From positions 26,040,001 to 26,104,000 of the forward strand of contig OZ281499.1 of assembly GCA_965637545.1 (NCBI GenBank): a DNA stretch of 64,000 nt. The letters are read 5' to 3'. A program made the position numbers and the translations under genes. Of this stretch, positions 36,436 to 50,174 are shown in pieces; position 1 is the first letter of the stretch; every line of letters starts with the position of its first letter. Below the pieces are notes generated by a model. That model did not search any database. It was not told where the DNA came from and saw nothing but the letters and a program-made list of their open reading frames with translations. The DNA comes from Phallusia mammillata (taxonomy: Eukaryota).

Positions 36436-39218
36436 TTTGTGCAAACTTTGCAATATTTGTTTACCAAAATAGCTCGTTTTTGACTCGCTAGCTCAAAGGC
36501 TGCGAGGAAGTTAAAATGTATAGCAACCAAATCCCACTGTAATGACAAATCGTGTTCGGACTTTGTAATATTTCCTGTCGCAGTTAATTAGGATGCAGAT
36601 GCAACTTTGTGATCTGGTGTTTATGTGCTTTAACCGTATGTTTTGTCTCGTGCTGTGATTGGATGCTGCTTTGTGTGGGAATTTGTGCAAGAGCCAATCG
36701 CAAGAGCACATGTGTACGATTTAACGCCTTTATCCGGAGTATATATATAAACCGCACTCGTTCATTTCGATCTTTTCTCTTGCCTCTCTTTCTGTCCCTT
36801 GTGCCTTTCAGAAGTAATAAACAAACGAACCGAAGTGCAAGACACGTGTGTGGAGTTTCCAGGACTCCGGTCCTGACAAGCCCAGGAGCTTGGGAGGTTA
36901 AGGACGGTGGTATACCTTCTCTAATTTGTAGTGACGCGGTTGTAACCTTGAGACTCATCACCGAACATTTATAGTGACTCGGTTTTATAGCTTGTACCGC
37001 GACAAACCGTATTTAACACTACAAAAATTTGGTGCCGCTCGAGAGAGGAGAACTTACAAAACATTTGCTGTTTAACAAGTGGTAACTTCAGAAAAGCTCG
37101 AGTGATGGCAGCGAAGTTTACTACAAGAGACCGAAAGAATTTCCAGTTTGCCGTCCAAATGTTTGGACTGCATCGTTAAGCTAAGAAGTTGTAAACGTTT
37201 TATTTTTTTGCAGAAAACTGTATTTTATGTGTTGTCATCAACGTCGAACGTTTGTTTTTGTTTCTCACCGTTTGGATCATGTTTCTATATCATCGTTCGA
37301 TCAGTTACACCGCAGTGCGATGTCTTTTCTTAAACCAGGTGAGCAAATATTGAAGTGCTATTCTTGGCTGATTTGTTATTTGTATGCGTATTTGTTTAAC
37401 GAAAGAAAAACTTTTTACAACTCATGTTACATCATATGCGCACAAAGAATTGTATCGGTCTTCCACTGTGTTGACCTCATGCGCTCGATTTTAAGAAACA
37501 CGTAATTTAACCATAAAAACAACCAAATCGTGTGGGTGCTGTCCACTAGCCTAGCCATAGGAGTATATTGTTTATGCCACCGTGCTATTACATCGCATGT
37601 TGCGCCAATTAGGCGTTTATTGTTCTTCTTGTTCATGCATGATAAACCAACTAGGCGGTCTTTATTACTTGTCCGATTATTGTATTACTACGCCAAATAG
37701 GCGGTGATTACTTTATTATTATTGCATTATGACGCCAACTAGGCGCTCTCTGTTTTATTATCATTGCATGATACGCCAACTATAGGCGCTTTTCTATACA
37801 TTACAAAAGAACGAACAATCGAAGCTTGTCGCAGCTTCCGAGCATGGCTCGATACACGTACGTACTTTTTATTACTTTCCCACGAGGAATGAATACTATT
37901 ATACTTCATGCGAATGATTATTTACATCAATATACTCCTGAGTACCATCTACAATTTAAGGTTTAGTCTGAACATCGGCTAGCTTGGGGGCATACCTACA
38001 TTAAATCACAACTTGATTTCGTGTTCTGCTTTATCAAACGTATTCATTTATTGTACAATTTTTCTAGTTTAGTCAGCCAAGACTAACGCTTCAATTGCCA
38101 AGTTTATTGCCTGCCCAATTGTAACACATAATACTGAATTCGATTCTCAGGCAATAAATGCGCTGCTCTACCGTAATTACTATGTTCTATTGTTACACAT
38201 TAAAACTTATGTGTGAAATAAATGTCATTGTTATTTCGGTATACTGCTTGTTATTTTGTTGTTTCAGAAGCGACGTGACTTTCAACCGCTATTGTGATCA
38301 AGAGCAAAGGACATTCAAATTCACCATACTGACAGACACATAATTTCAGTGATTGAGGTGTCTGAAGACTGGAGACAATCAATCTCCAGGAACAAAACGT
38401 TACGCTCGAAATGCGATAATCAAATTCGATAATTAGTGTGGTGTAAAAGCGAATGTTGTTTGTTCTTGAATGTATAAGTTTAAACGTTTTAATGCCTAAT
38501 GCAGACAATACTGTATTTGTGATGTTACTTATGTATCGTTGTGTTGATACAGAAACTTCAAGAAATCAACAAATTTTCAATTGCATACTGTTTTCCGTTG
38601 TGTATGATATGTATTTTCTTGTGTGCCACTTTCATGCCCAATCCCGCAATGACCATATATTGCTCATTGCTCAAAAAAATGGCGGGGGGTATTTTGTAGC
38701 GGTTGCGACATAATTTGTGCAAACTTTGCAATATTTGTTTACCAAAATAGCTCGTTTTTGACTCGCTAGCTCAAAGGCTGCGAGGAAGTTAAAATGTATA
38801 GCAACCAAATCCCACTGTAATGACAAATCGTGTTCGGACTTTGTAATATTTCCTGTCGCAGTTAATTAGGATGCAGATGCAACTTTGTGATCTGGTGTTT
38901 ATGTGCTTTAACCGTATGTTTTGTCTCGTGCTGTGATTGGATGCTGCTTTGTGTGGGAATTTGTGCAAGAGCCAATCGCAAGAGCACATGTGTACGATTT
39001 AACGCCTTTATCCGGAGTATATATATAAACCGCACTCGTTCATTTCGATCTTTTCTCTTGCCTCTCTTTCTGTCCCTTGTGCCTTTCAGAAGTAATAAAC
39101 AAACGAACCGAAGTGCAAGACACGTGTGTGGAGTTTCCAGGACTCCGGTCCTGACAAGCCCAGGAGCTTGGGAGGTTAAGGACGGTGGTATACCTCTTTC
39201 TAATTTGTAGTGACTACA
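36417..39218 (+). mobile_element. Young non-autonomous LTR retroelement (2802 bp; LARD/TRIM-like; 4-bp TSD as in many Ty3/Gypsy elements)
   Basis: LTRs 36417-37023 and 38695-39218 with TGTAG...CTACA ends, apparently identical over ~500 bp. TSD TGGC at 36413-16 and 39219-22. PBS-like TGGTGCCG at 37030; purine-rich PPT at ~38673-38689. No gag/pol ORF in the 1671-bp interior. Confidence 0.9.
37600..37790. repeat. Five ~43-bp tandem units carrying CGCCAA-N-TAGGCG inside the LTR element
   Basis: Motif starts at ~37603, 37645 (variant), 37691, 37733 and 37774, separated by T-rich linkers. Confidence 0.75.
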
Positions 39219-40129
39219 TGGCTTAATCGATGTGTTTCCAATACATCAGTATTACTGTGTTTGTGTGATTTAGAGAATATATATCCAAGTTTAAACTATT
39301 TTCTTACGTTGCACATGGATTTTAACCTACTGTGAAGTGTGTTAATGTAAACTGTGTCTCAGTGTTATTATACTATGTAACCGATTCTGTACATTCCAAA
39401 TCCGTTTGATTTTGACAATATTAAATATAACTTTTGTAAACAATTGCCGAGTGTCATGAAAACAGCAAAGGCAGTTAGATACCTTTAAACCAACTAAAGT
39501 TGATACTCTGGTGGTTGCAACATTTGGAAAGAATGGGGTAATGTATCTCTAGTAACAAAAGCAAACGAAGTAACTTATTTAATAATCCGGCTAACGTCAA
39601 CCACAGTACACTTCCTCTTTCGTTGCCCAAAATCAGTCAGAAAACAAAAAAGTAAAAAGGGAAAACTTAGTCTTGCGTGAAATACTGACACGAAACCTTT
39701 TTTATGTGTGAGCGCGGGTTTGGGAACCACGTGTTGTGGATTAAGTTCTAATGCCGACTAAACGCTCACAGCAGAAGCTTAACCGACTACCACTGAACTA
39801 ACAACAACATAATCGAGTTCCCCCAATCAATAATCAAAAGTGTTACTTTCAGATAAAATTTGGTAAAACTCAACGTTTTGTTTTACTCAGTAAAATGCAC
39901 ATGTTAAATCGTATATGCTTGTCGCCGGTGAACATAACAAGCAATAAATGACAAGTCCAGTATCGTCTTTAGCCAAAAGACTGCAATAAATGATTTGTTG
40001 GAAATGTCACGTGTATCGTCTGTGGCCAAAAAACTCAGCACGCTGATATTTCAATTACCGTGGAAGTAAACAGGAGCGCAATACCAGTCACGACAAAACA
40101 CGAGGAAAAACGCCGATCCTCGCCGCACA

Positions 40130-40290
40130 CGACGAGTCAACACGTGGAAGCGACCTTTGGAAAATTTCTAATGGCGCTGTGCGAGAGAAAAAAGAAAAGT
40201 TTTGGGGTAATCAGACTCCCTTGAAAGAGTCGGGACGCTACAATGTAGTGAATATAAGGAGGGGGCTGCTACGTTTTTGTGCAGTTGGGT
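40130..40290 (+). promoter_or_regulatory. Conserved cassette, core promoter of gene 6
   Basis: CACGTG 40141-46; TATAAG at 40253; GCAGTT with A at 40283. Confidence 0.65.
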
Positions 40291-41172
40291 TTGGTTTGCC
40301 ATTAGGCGGAAAAGAAAGAAATTCAGCAGTGGTGGGTTTGAGACAGAACGTGTCAGTGTTACGCGGCAAATCGACTCAAAATTGCCGGGGAGTGAGAAGC
40401 AAAGTACTCGAAGGCCTATTTTTAGGCGCGTGCTTGCACATAGTTGAAGCGAAGCCCAGCATTCATAAATGCGGTAACACACAATTTGATGTGCGCGCGT
40501 TTTGACGAAGTTTTAGCAACGCCGACGAGAACGTTTATGCGAACTGTAGCTATTTTATGGGAGAACTATACGGGGTAAAAGTTTGATAACCCTGATGTAG
40601 AGTGTAGAGGGTTAATGTCTAATATTGTTAAGAGTTTGGAGTGGTAGAAAGGCGACGATTTTATCGAAAATAGCCCTTTAACACATTATACGTAAAACCA
40701 ACGCGCGCAATATTGTTGATGACTGCCGCCAGTTTTTACATGTGGTGCCCGGTCGGCAAATTTATTACCGACATGTAGCAAAAAAATTAGTTTCAGGAGG
40801 AATAGACGACAATTTAAAAACAATGACAGTGCTTGTTGCGAAACCGGGCGTAGCCTGCGTTAATGAAAAAATGAAAACATAAAGACTTGTGCGTGGTGTA
40901 CAAAGTTTCCGTCCCTTGCGAAAGGCGAGTAAACTAATTTGTCGGTAACCAAGTTCATTAATTCGATTGCATGCCCAGACCTTATTGCCTGTTGTAAGCA
41001 GCGAAATTTAGGGAACAGAAAAAATTTGATGTTAAACACTATTAACTTAGCAAAGCCCAAAACTTCTTAAATGTAAAATATATAATTTAATTTGTCGCTT
41101 TAGATTTAGTGAACATAAGAATTGCCACAAACTTGTTTTGGGTAATTGACAAACTTGAATATTCAACAAAAC

Positions 41173-44100
41173 ATGTATTTCGTGCAAGCAGTGGCCGTGC
41201 TCGCATTTTGTGCTGTTGCAAATGGTTTGGATTGTTCGATCGGAACAACCACCAAAGTTGGGGCTGACCCCGCAACTGGTTCATTCACAGTTGCTACATG
41301 TCCGACCAACTACCAATGCTCAAGAACTGAAACTACGACAACTGGTAGGTTTTCATGTTTTAAAGTTGGCATATAAAACGTGGTAGATTAGTGGCTCATA
41401 AACGCTCCACTATTGAAGGCAGTCAGTACCAAGTTAATGAAAAAATTAACAAATATAACATGATTGCTCAACTTAGCGACTGATTTTTCCACGTTCATCA
41501 TGATGGTGTGACCTGAGGTTACGTTTGTTTTACTCTGCGTAAAAATTTGAAAGCATTGTTGTACATTGTACATAAAAGTATAAGCAGCGCAAGTTAAATG
41601 TACATATTTTAGCCTCTTCAGTTGATACTGTTGTGACCGTCGGATCATGTTCTACAACGAGCGGATGCGACAATCTCTGCCTCGGGAATACGTAAGTTCG
41701 CAGCAAATAAAGACGCTTTTCGAGTTTGTATGTGTGTTTACAGACGTTTAAGGAAAATGACAAAAGGCGGACATAATGCGAATACAAATATAAAATTATT
41801 GTAATTTTGGTTACCTTTTTGGTAAGTTTAGTACTGTTACTACGCTACATATTTTTTAAACTAGTTGCCTTTTCTTTTCGTAAAATAACGGCGTTGTACG
41901 CTTGTAGAGATTGCGTTGGAGCATGCTGTAAAAACGCGGACGACTGCAACAATGCTGCGGTGACTGATATCATGGAAACTGTCAACTGTCTGGTGGGTAA
42001 CATTGCCACTGGCGCCGCCACAAGCATGGCGTGTGCAGCCAACCAGTGGTGCGGAAGAGCGGATGACACAGATGGAAGTAATAATTAGCTTCATTTTATT
42101 TTTAAGCCGATTTTGAGAGTCTTTTAAACTCGTTTTTATAAGATACAATGACGGGATCGTGCGAGACTACGAGTGCAGCCGCCTGTAATCTCTGTGGCGG
42201 TGCGGGGTAAGTCAAATACAAACATTTATACGAGGTTTATCCTTTTTTTAGGTTACAAGATTGCGCCATTAATGTTCCAAAAGTTTAATAAAGACTTTTA
42301 AAACAATTTAAAACAGGCGGTATATGGGACAATAGACGTGTTAAACATGTGCCTTAAGTTTACAACATCAGTCCGTTTTGTCTTTACCCCAAGCTTTTAT
42401 GAATAATTTTTGCTCTCTTTTTGACTTCTAATCTCGCATTGACGTTTTGCTTTTTCACAGCACTTGCACTTCGATATGCTGCAACAACGCAGATGACTGT
42501 AACAATCAAGCAGCAGCAAATGTAGGCTTCCTCTCCTGTATTGGAGCCAGTGGATCTGAGGTTTGCAGCACTGCTGGACATGTTTGTGCCAAGAAAGAAG
42601 TTACTCCAGCTGGAGGTGGGTGTCTGTATAGTTACTGTACTTTAGACCAATCAAAAACGTGCAAAGTTCATTCCATTCATGCCATATCAAAAGTAATATA
42701 TTACATTACCTACGAGATGAAAATGCTCTTATTTAATTTTCAGGAAGCACAACAACGACCGCATCGTGTCAAGCACCAACCGCTTGTGCAGCACTCTGCA
42801 GTGGTGAAGCCGCGTAAGTTGGCACTGGATGAAACCCACTTACATGAACTAAATTAATTAATCAATCGAACAGATGCATTTGGATCGCTAATCACTTTTT
42901 TTACGTTTAATTTAATTCTTTAAAACAATCCTAGAAACACTTGGTTTTAAAATTTAAAAGTCGATTTTTTTTTAAATAATCGTAATTGAAATACACGGGG
43001 TTCCCGTTGTGCAAATTTTTTTTTAAAATTTGTATCTGTAAAGACTGCCACCAATAGCTCGCAATAAATGCACAACGGGAACCCCGTGCATTTCAATTGC
43101 GATTATTAGGCTCAAGTAACGTATAGTTGTTTTGTTTATGTAGCAACACATGCGTATCAGCTTGTTGCTCAAACGCTGACGATTGCAATTCGGGAACCGT
43201 TGCCGAAATTACTGCAGCAAACGCGCTGAGAGTTTGTATGGTGGGAACCTTCACACAAGATGGATCCAACCCTGCTTCCGGACCGCTGACGTTTACAACT
43301 TGCACGGCTAACCAGATTTGTGGAAGAACCGAAACAACAGGTTAGAACAATCTTTAAAAGCGCAACATAAAAAAGCCGAACTAACTAAAAATGTCATCTT
43401 GTATGAAAGAAATTATCTTGCGAATTTTGAAATGACTAAATGTTTATGCTAACGCCTTTGTTTAGTTGCTTCCACTGGACAAAATAAATAGGCCATTTAA
43501 AAGAGAAATTTATACCAATGTAGCATTTTTTCTTTAGTATTTAAAAAAACTATCTAATAACGCAGAATCTTTTGCAGTGGGTACAGTGGTGACGACGGTT
43601 GGATCTTGTCAAGATTCTGTCACAACATGTGACCTACTTTGCATCGGGACATCGTAAGTTACTTGACATACAGTGTGGCTATTTAATTGTCAGCAGTTAC
43701 GGTAACCAGCAGCACTTTCGACTCTTGTGAAACATTTTTTTCCACGGCAGAACCAAAGAGCACACTAAAATGCCACAAACAGGGTTTTTGACTAAACACA
43801 AAAAATAGCTTCAATTTGAATTACGTAACCAATCCATTGTTAGCATTAACAGCCAGTGGTTAATGTGTAGTAAATCGCTTCAGTTCAAGTGAATACAACA
43901 GTTTTTTGGGAATTTTTAGGAACTGTGTGTCAGCTTGTTGCAACAATGAAGATAACTGCAACAGAGTCTCAGTCACTGATATGGGAGCTACTATAACTTG
44001 TGGGACTGGAACCTTGGCAAGCGGAGCATTTCCTACACCAGTTACTAACTGTGCAACTTTCTGTGGAAGACAAGAAACTGACAGTGGCGGTAAGAATATT

Positions 44101-47100
44101 TAATTGCTATAAAATCAAAATGACTTGTGGTTTTATGCAAATTTGCCTAAGTACACAACCGTTCCTAATTTTATGTTTCACATATACCCGGGTATGTAGT
44201 AAAGGCAAAGCACCACAGAATTTACATTATGTCTCACGCCCATTTCCATTGTGGCTCACATTAAAATCAATGGTGGAAAATAGTAAACATGTAAAACTCG
44301 CGCCAAATACATAAAATACATGTGTATATATAACATTTAAAAGCTCCACTTATTTACAGTTGTAGGATCTTGTTCAACACAAACGCAGTGTGACGCCCTT
44401 TGCAATAGTCAAACGTAAGTAAAAAAGTTATAACTTGTTGTGCTACTGTGAAGAAATAGAAATTAAACCGACAAAGGGGGGTGACTAAACTCAGATTGTA
44501 AATGTCTGATTCGGGTTATGTAACTTGAGATTCTAGGCGTATGTTTTGCGGAAACTTTGTTAATCGTCCGTGTAGTAAACAGTAATAATCAGTGATAAAA
44601 GCGGTGGTACTAAATATCGCATGTTACCGCATGGCAGTAAGTTGTAAAGGGCTTGAAAAAGCTTTTGCAAAAGTATAATTTTGCGGACTTTTGAAAGTTT
44701 TGACGGTTAGCGCTATTCGGGTTAAGTAAGGGTTTGTAATTCAAATAATGCTAGAATCTAGACTAATTTACCCTTTTGGGGGCTTGCATTCTCACATTAT
44801 CGACATCGTTCAGTATTCTCAGTGGAATACTATGCGGTGCAATGTGGTAATATGCGGTATTTAGCCCAACCCATTCTAAAAGACTTGCCGCAACCAAACA
44901 ATCATTTCCCGTGGTGTTTTAGGTTCCAAATTCTCCAGCTTAACAAAAGACGTTTATAGCACGTAGTGTACGTGAAATTTCGACTACATTTTTTGCGCCA
45001 CAAATTTAAACTGTTGTACAAGACACGAACAGAAGCAAATCAAAATACGTTACACTCTGTCCAAACCTTTCAACAACAAAAATGTTAATATTTGACCTTC
45101 CAATTGTATTTTTGCAGGAATTGTGCCTCTGCTTGCTGCGATAACGCAGACAACTGCAACCTCGTATCAGCCGCTGTGCAAAATGGTAAGGTATGTATGG
45201 TTGGAACAACTACCACCGTTGGAAATGGCAATCCAACTGGAAGTTTGGTGGCCACTCATTGCAATCCCAATATGTTCTGTGGAAGAACTGAAACAACCAC
45301 AACAGCAAGTAAAAAAAACATTTTGCGGTTTGATTTACGGAGTATTCGTCGGACTTTTTTTTTAACAAATCCACAATTTTGCAGACAACGAGGACACAGT
45401 GGTTGTTGTTGGATCATGTCAAGTCTCAGCAGACTCATGCGACTTGCTCTGTGCAGATGACTCGTAAGTTTACAAGCTCACACATTCTACAAAATCCAGC
45501 ACGACCAACATTACACATTTTCCAGAAACTGCGTCCGCGCATGCTGCAACAATGCGGACGGTTGCAACAGTGTTACGGTTGCTATGATGACAAGTACGCT
45601 GACTTGTTACGATGAATCAGTCACAGGAACAGCGACAGCTTTAACCACAACAGCGGACTGCACCACCGATCAAGTTTGTGCTAGAACAGAAACCGGAACT
45701 GGAAGTAAGTACTGTTGGTGTGGCTTGTTACGTCGTTCTGTATAACTTAGGTTTGGATTACATTGAAACTTATTGTAAATTGACATGGTAAAGGTAACTA
45801 GTTTTTATTCGGCAGTGAGAATCGCGCACTTTAAGCAATTGATCTGCAATTATTTGTTGTTGAATAAGTCAAATTGACAACAGAACTGACAAACGGCTTC
45901 TTCTGTGTACAAAAATACGCGATTTTACTGCTGAACAAAAACTGACACCAAAGCAAAGATTCTATTAACGCAATAATGTTCGAACAGATACAGCAGATGT
46001 TGTTACATCTTGTCAAGCTGCAACTGCATGTGCAACATTGTGTGGCTCAACTCCGTAAGTACTCAACTATGTCACAATTTCCATAACTGCCTGAAACTAG
46101 TAACAGTCTCTTAAAGCGCCGTGCACAATTACGTAATAGAAGCTTAAATCATAGTTTTAGTTTTTGAACCCATGGACTTTGGGTTTTCGGGAACTCCTAA
46201 TTGGGAACTAGTGACGCAAATTAATAATTGTCAGGAAACCAGTTTATTGTATTCAGCCTGTGAGATCAAAACAAAGGTTACAATAGACAAGGGGTAATTT
46301 CACTTGTGTGTGTTTTTTATTTGTCCATTTTCTTTGCAGAAATTGTGTGAGTGCTTGCTGCAGCAGTTCGGATCTCTGCAACATTTTAACAGTGAGTCAA
46401 CAAATGGCCCGAAACTGTTACGTTGGAAGTTCAACTTCAGACACACCAGTTATGGATATGACTTACACTCGGTGCGCTGCATCCGAACAGTGCGGAAGAA
46501 CTCAAACCTCTGTCACATCTGGAAGTAAGTCTTGTGCGACGTTGCCTAATGCTCGGCTCCCATTTGTACTTTTGTGCGTACCAACCCCAAAGTAAGGTAC
46601 TGATAAAAGATATTTATTCAATGTTCTGAATTGAAAAAAAGCACATTTACTTTTGTATAGACATCTTCTAAAGCTTTGCTAATGTTTAGGTACAACAACA
46701 GTGACTACAGTTGGATCTTGTACAGCAGCAACTGCGTGTGACACTCTTTGCGGAACGTAAGTTAGTAAAAAAAAACATACTGATAAAATGCTGTAACTGT
46801 CACAAATTTCAGGCAAACCTTTGCCCTCAACGTGTATACAAATGCGAATGTATTCATTCAAACATTGTCCCATCAAGGGTAATAATAACATCATTTCTTT
46901 TAACATGCATCTAACATGCTTTTAGAAAAGAAGCAAACGAACGAACAGCAAAACATGATTATGTTATTTCACAGGGCGGAAAACTGTGTATCAACTTGCT
47001 GTGACACTGACGGTTGCAACTCTGCCGCTATTCCCACTACAACAACCACTACTACAACCACTGCAGCAGCCACAACAACAACTGGTGGTGCTGAACATGC

Positions 47101-47161
47101 AGCACAAATTAATATGTTGGTGATGATGGGTCTTGTGGTTCTCGGCTGGTTCATGGCTTAA
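41173..47161 (+). CDS. Gene 6: signal peptide, 8 LU-like domains, Thr stalk, GPI-type tail (717 aa, 17 exons)
   Basis: Exons 41173-41344, 41622-41691, 41908-42077, 42143-42206, 42461-42615, 42744-42813, 43144-43340, 43578-43653, 43920-44089, 44360-44414, 45118-45308, 45385-45463, 45526-45704, 45988-46054, 46340-46524, 46690-46756, 46975-47161. Total 2154 nt, in frame. Confidence 0.88.
42975..43107. repeat. Intronic inverted repeat (MITE-like hairpin)
   Basis: 39-bp arms at 42975-43013 and 43069-43107 with 2 mismatches. The homologous intron of gene 7 (~53420-53505) keeps only the right arm. Confidence 0.75.
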
Positions 47162-50100
47162 TCTATGTGTTTCCAATGCATCAGCATTACTGTGTTTGTG
47201 TGATTTAGAAAATATATATCCAAGTTTAAACTACTTTTATACGTTGCACATGGATTTCAACCTACTGTGAAGTGTGTTAATGTAAGCTGTGTCTCAGTGT
47301 TATACAACTATTGAACTGATTCTGTACATTCCAAAGACGTTTGCAATTTACATCGCTAAATATAACTTTTGTAGTAAAATGCCTGTGTATTATGATGCAG
47401 ACGAAAACAAGTCGTGTACAGAATAGTTTTCTACTCGATCCTAATGAATTTCAATTTAAAAAACGCGGAAAAGACTCACAAAGGTAGCGCAGCATGAAAA
47501 ACGTTTTTCGATGTCTCAGATTACCCAGGATTTTTGCTAGCGGCAATCACTCAGCACCGATCCATGTATTACCTTACAACGACAGTCATCAAACATTACA
47601 AAAACCCACAACATTAACTGGCATTGATACTTTATTCGTTTTTACCATGACAAGGCAGCTAGTGCTCTCACACACCGAACTGAGTACCACATCATGTTGG
47701 CACTGATGATTTAAGTCAATTTGTTTGTATTTGTTGTCATGTATTTGTTACGATTTCACGCATGTACACTAACATATTAATGTTACAATACGTGTTTCCA
47801 AATTTGTTACGGTGTACTTCAAAATTATACAGTTTAAATTATTAAACAATTAGTGGGTCCTGTGAAATTAATGCGCGACAGTGACAAAACACAATCTCTG
47901 CATGACAACCAATACACACAGAAAAGGTCCGAGTGTTATTACACAAACTTGTCCTGCGAGTATAGGAATGTTTAGATAATAATTTTTAATAACAGAGAGA
48001 AAAATGGTTCAATAACAGAGAGAAGAAAAAGGAAGTTTTTTTTTAATTTTCAGGATGACACGACAACGTTAAGTGAATATAAGGTTGCGATCGTATGGTT
48101 TTACATCAGTCAGGGGAAGAGAAAAGAATAAATTTTTGTTGTTGCATTGCAACTTCAGCTTAGATTTTGCGGCGGGTTTCATAAAATCGCTTGAGACCGA
48201 ACCACCTTCGGGTCTTATCGCTTTAAACATAAGAAGAGTATAATTCGCAACCTGTAAATTGGGAGTCCAAACGAGCGGTCTACTAAGTTATAAGACAGTA
48301 GGCCTTATTGCTGAAGTTTTGATGTCAGAGGTTGGGGTTATTTTCTGACACGCGACACCTTCAAAATGTACATTGTTTGGTGTAAAATGTACATTGATAA
48401 ACAATGAGCGGGATCATATCTACTTTGGAAATACACGAAACTTTGTAGTCTAATATTACTTACATTGATATAACTGACTAATATTAGGTACACAATTCAC
48501 GGTTTTAAAGATTCTAACCAGAAACAAACAAGCCAGTATATTTGCATAAAGCATAACGTTTTGACATCAACTTGTGTCATTCTCAAATGAATAAATCTAA
48601 AATCAAACAGCGCGTAAAACCAGTAAAAAAGGCAGAAACACAAGCGCTTAAGGCACGGCGATAAAAAGTAACGTGTTAAAAAGGTATAATGGGATCGAAT
48701 TTTGGTCTACATTTAGCTCGGGGCTGTGTTTCTGAATATTGAGTGATTCCAAAATAAGCAGGCGAGTAAACTGACTAATATTACTTACCGAAAAAAATGC
48801 GCGTTAGATACTTTTAAATACAGGTCACTATAAAGTTTAAGTTTCAAAATATTGCGATGTGTGCGTTTAATTTTTGGGTAATAAGAAACAGAAATCTTTA
48901 AACTATTTAATTTACCATGAACGAGTAACCAGGACTAGGGTTAATAAGCACAAGAAAATCGGCAGTGGCGCGCTTGGAACAGAACGCGCGAAGTGATACG
49001 CGGCAAATCGGCCTGAGATTGTAGGCGGGTGGAAGGCAATGTAGTCGAAGGCCTCGTATGTAGGCGCGTGTTCTCAAACAATTTGAAAAAAATATCGGGC
49101 ATAAACAAGACGTCGTAAGATGACAAGTTGAGCGTTCTAATCAAGCTTCGGAAACTGAGAACTTTCAAGCGGGCTAGGAAATGGTTTCAGTAAAAACATT
49201 TTGTGGTGTGACGCACTAAAGCAGGGGTCACCAAACTTTTTTCACAGACGGCCGGAACAGTTTAATCTTGAAATGCGTAGGTCACATAGTTTACAAGCCC
49301 TTACACCGCCTATTCCTATCTTAACTTCGCGTGTCGATTTTAAATTGAAGTGCCAAGAGATGGCGCTTCTACAATCTTATTTGTCTGGTGAGGTGACAGT
49401 TAATTAAATTGTGCAGTCATATCTACCATCAATGCTCCCTTGCTGCGTTACAAGTAACAAAAGAAAGCAATAATTCGCGAACAATTAATATTTTTAGTCT
49501 TGTTTGTGATGTAACAAACTGCCTTGGATCTTTTCCAGCGTTAAAACACTATAGGTAAATTTGTTAAAGCGCTTTTAAAAAAATGTGAGCAAAGTTTCGG
49601 CAACGTTCACAAGAGCGCCCAAGCGGACTTTGTAGTAAAAGGCATTTGTGCTCGAAGGCCAAAATAGTTGCTGGCTGTCGGCTTTGGTAAAAAAGCGGCA
49701 ATTTCACAGTAGTTTGTGTGAACTGTTTTCTTACGTTGCACATGGATTTCAATCTACTGTGAAGTGTGTTAATGTAAGCTGTGTCTCAGTGTTATGATAC
49801 ATTTGTTACCGAATTATTTCGGCAGGCCTGATAGATCGGTCTTATACACCAAGCCTGCTTACTCAATCGTAACCGGTCCAGAACCCTGCAATAAAGCCAA
49901 TTACTGTCGCACAATGTTTTAGCTGATGGGCGCAAACTTATGTGTAAAAAAATGATTGTCTCCGGTGAACATAGCAAGCAATAAATAATTGGTATGAAAA
50001 GTTCAGTATCGTTTGCAGCCAAAATACTGCAATAAATGATTTGTTGGAAAAGTCACGTGTATTGTCTGTGGCCAAATAACTCAGTACACTGAACATGAAT

Positions 50101-50174
50101 TACCGTGGAAGTAAACAAGAGTGCAATATCAGCAACGAAAAAATACGGGAAAAACGCCGATCCTCACCGCACAC

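Noticed and set aside
37600-37790. CRISPR-like appearance of short palindromic repeats with variable spacers
   Set aside because: Eukaryotic context, degenerate ~13-bp repeats, mutually similar spacers, no cas genes, and it lies inside an LTR element.
37024-38694. Short ORFs in the LTR interior as possible gag/pol/env
   Set aside because: All are under 100 aa with no recognisable zinc knuckle, protease, RT (YxDD) or integrase motif.
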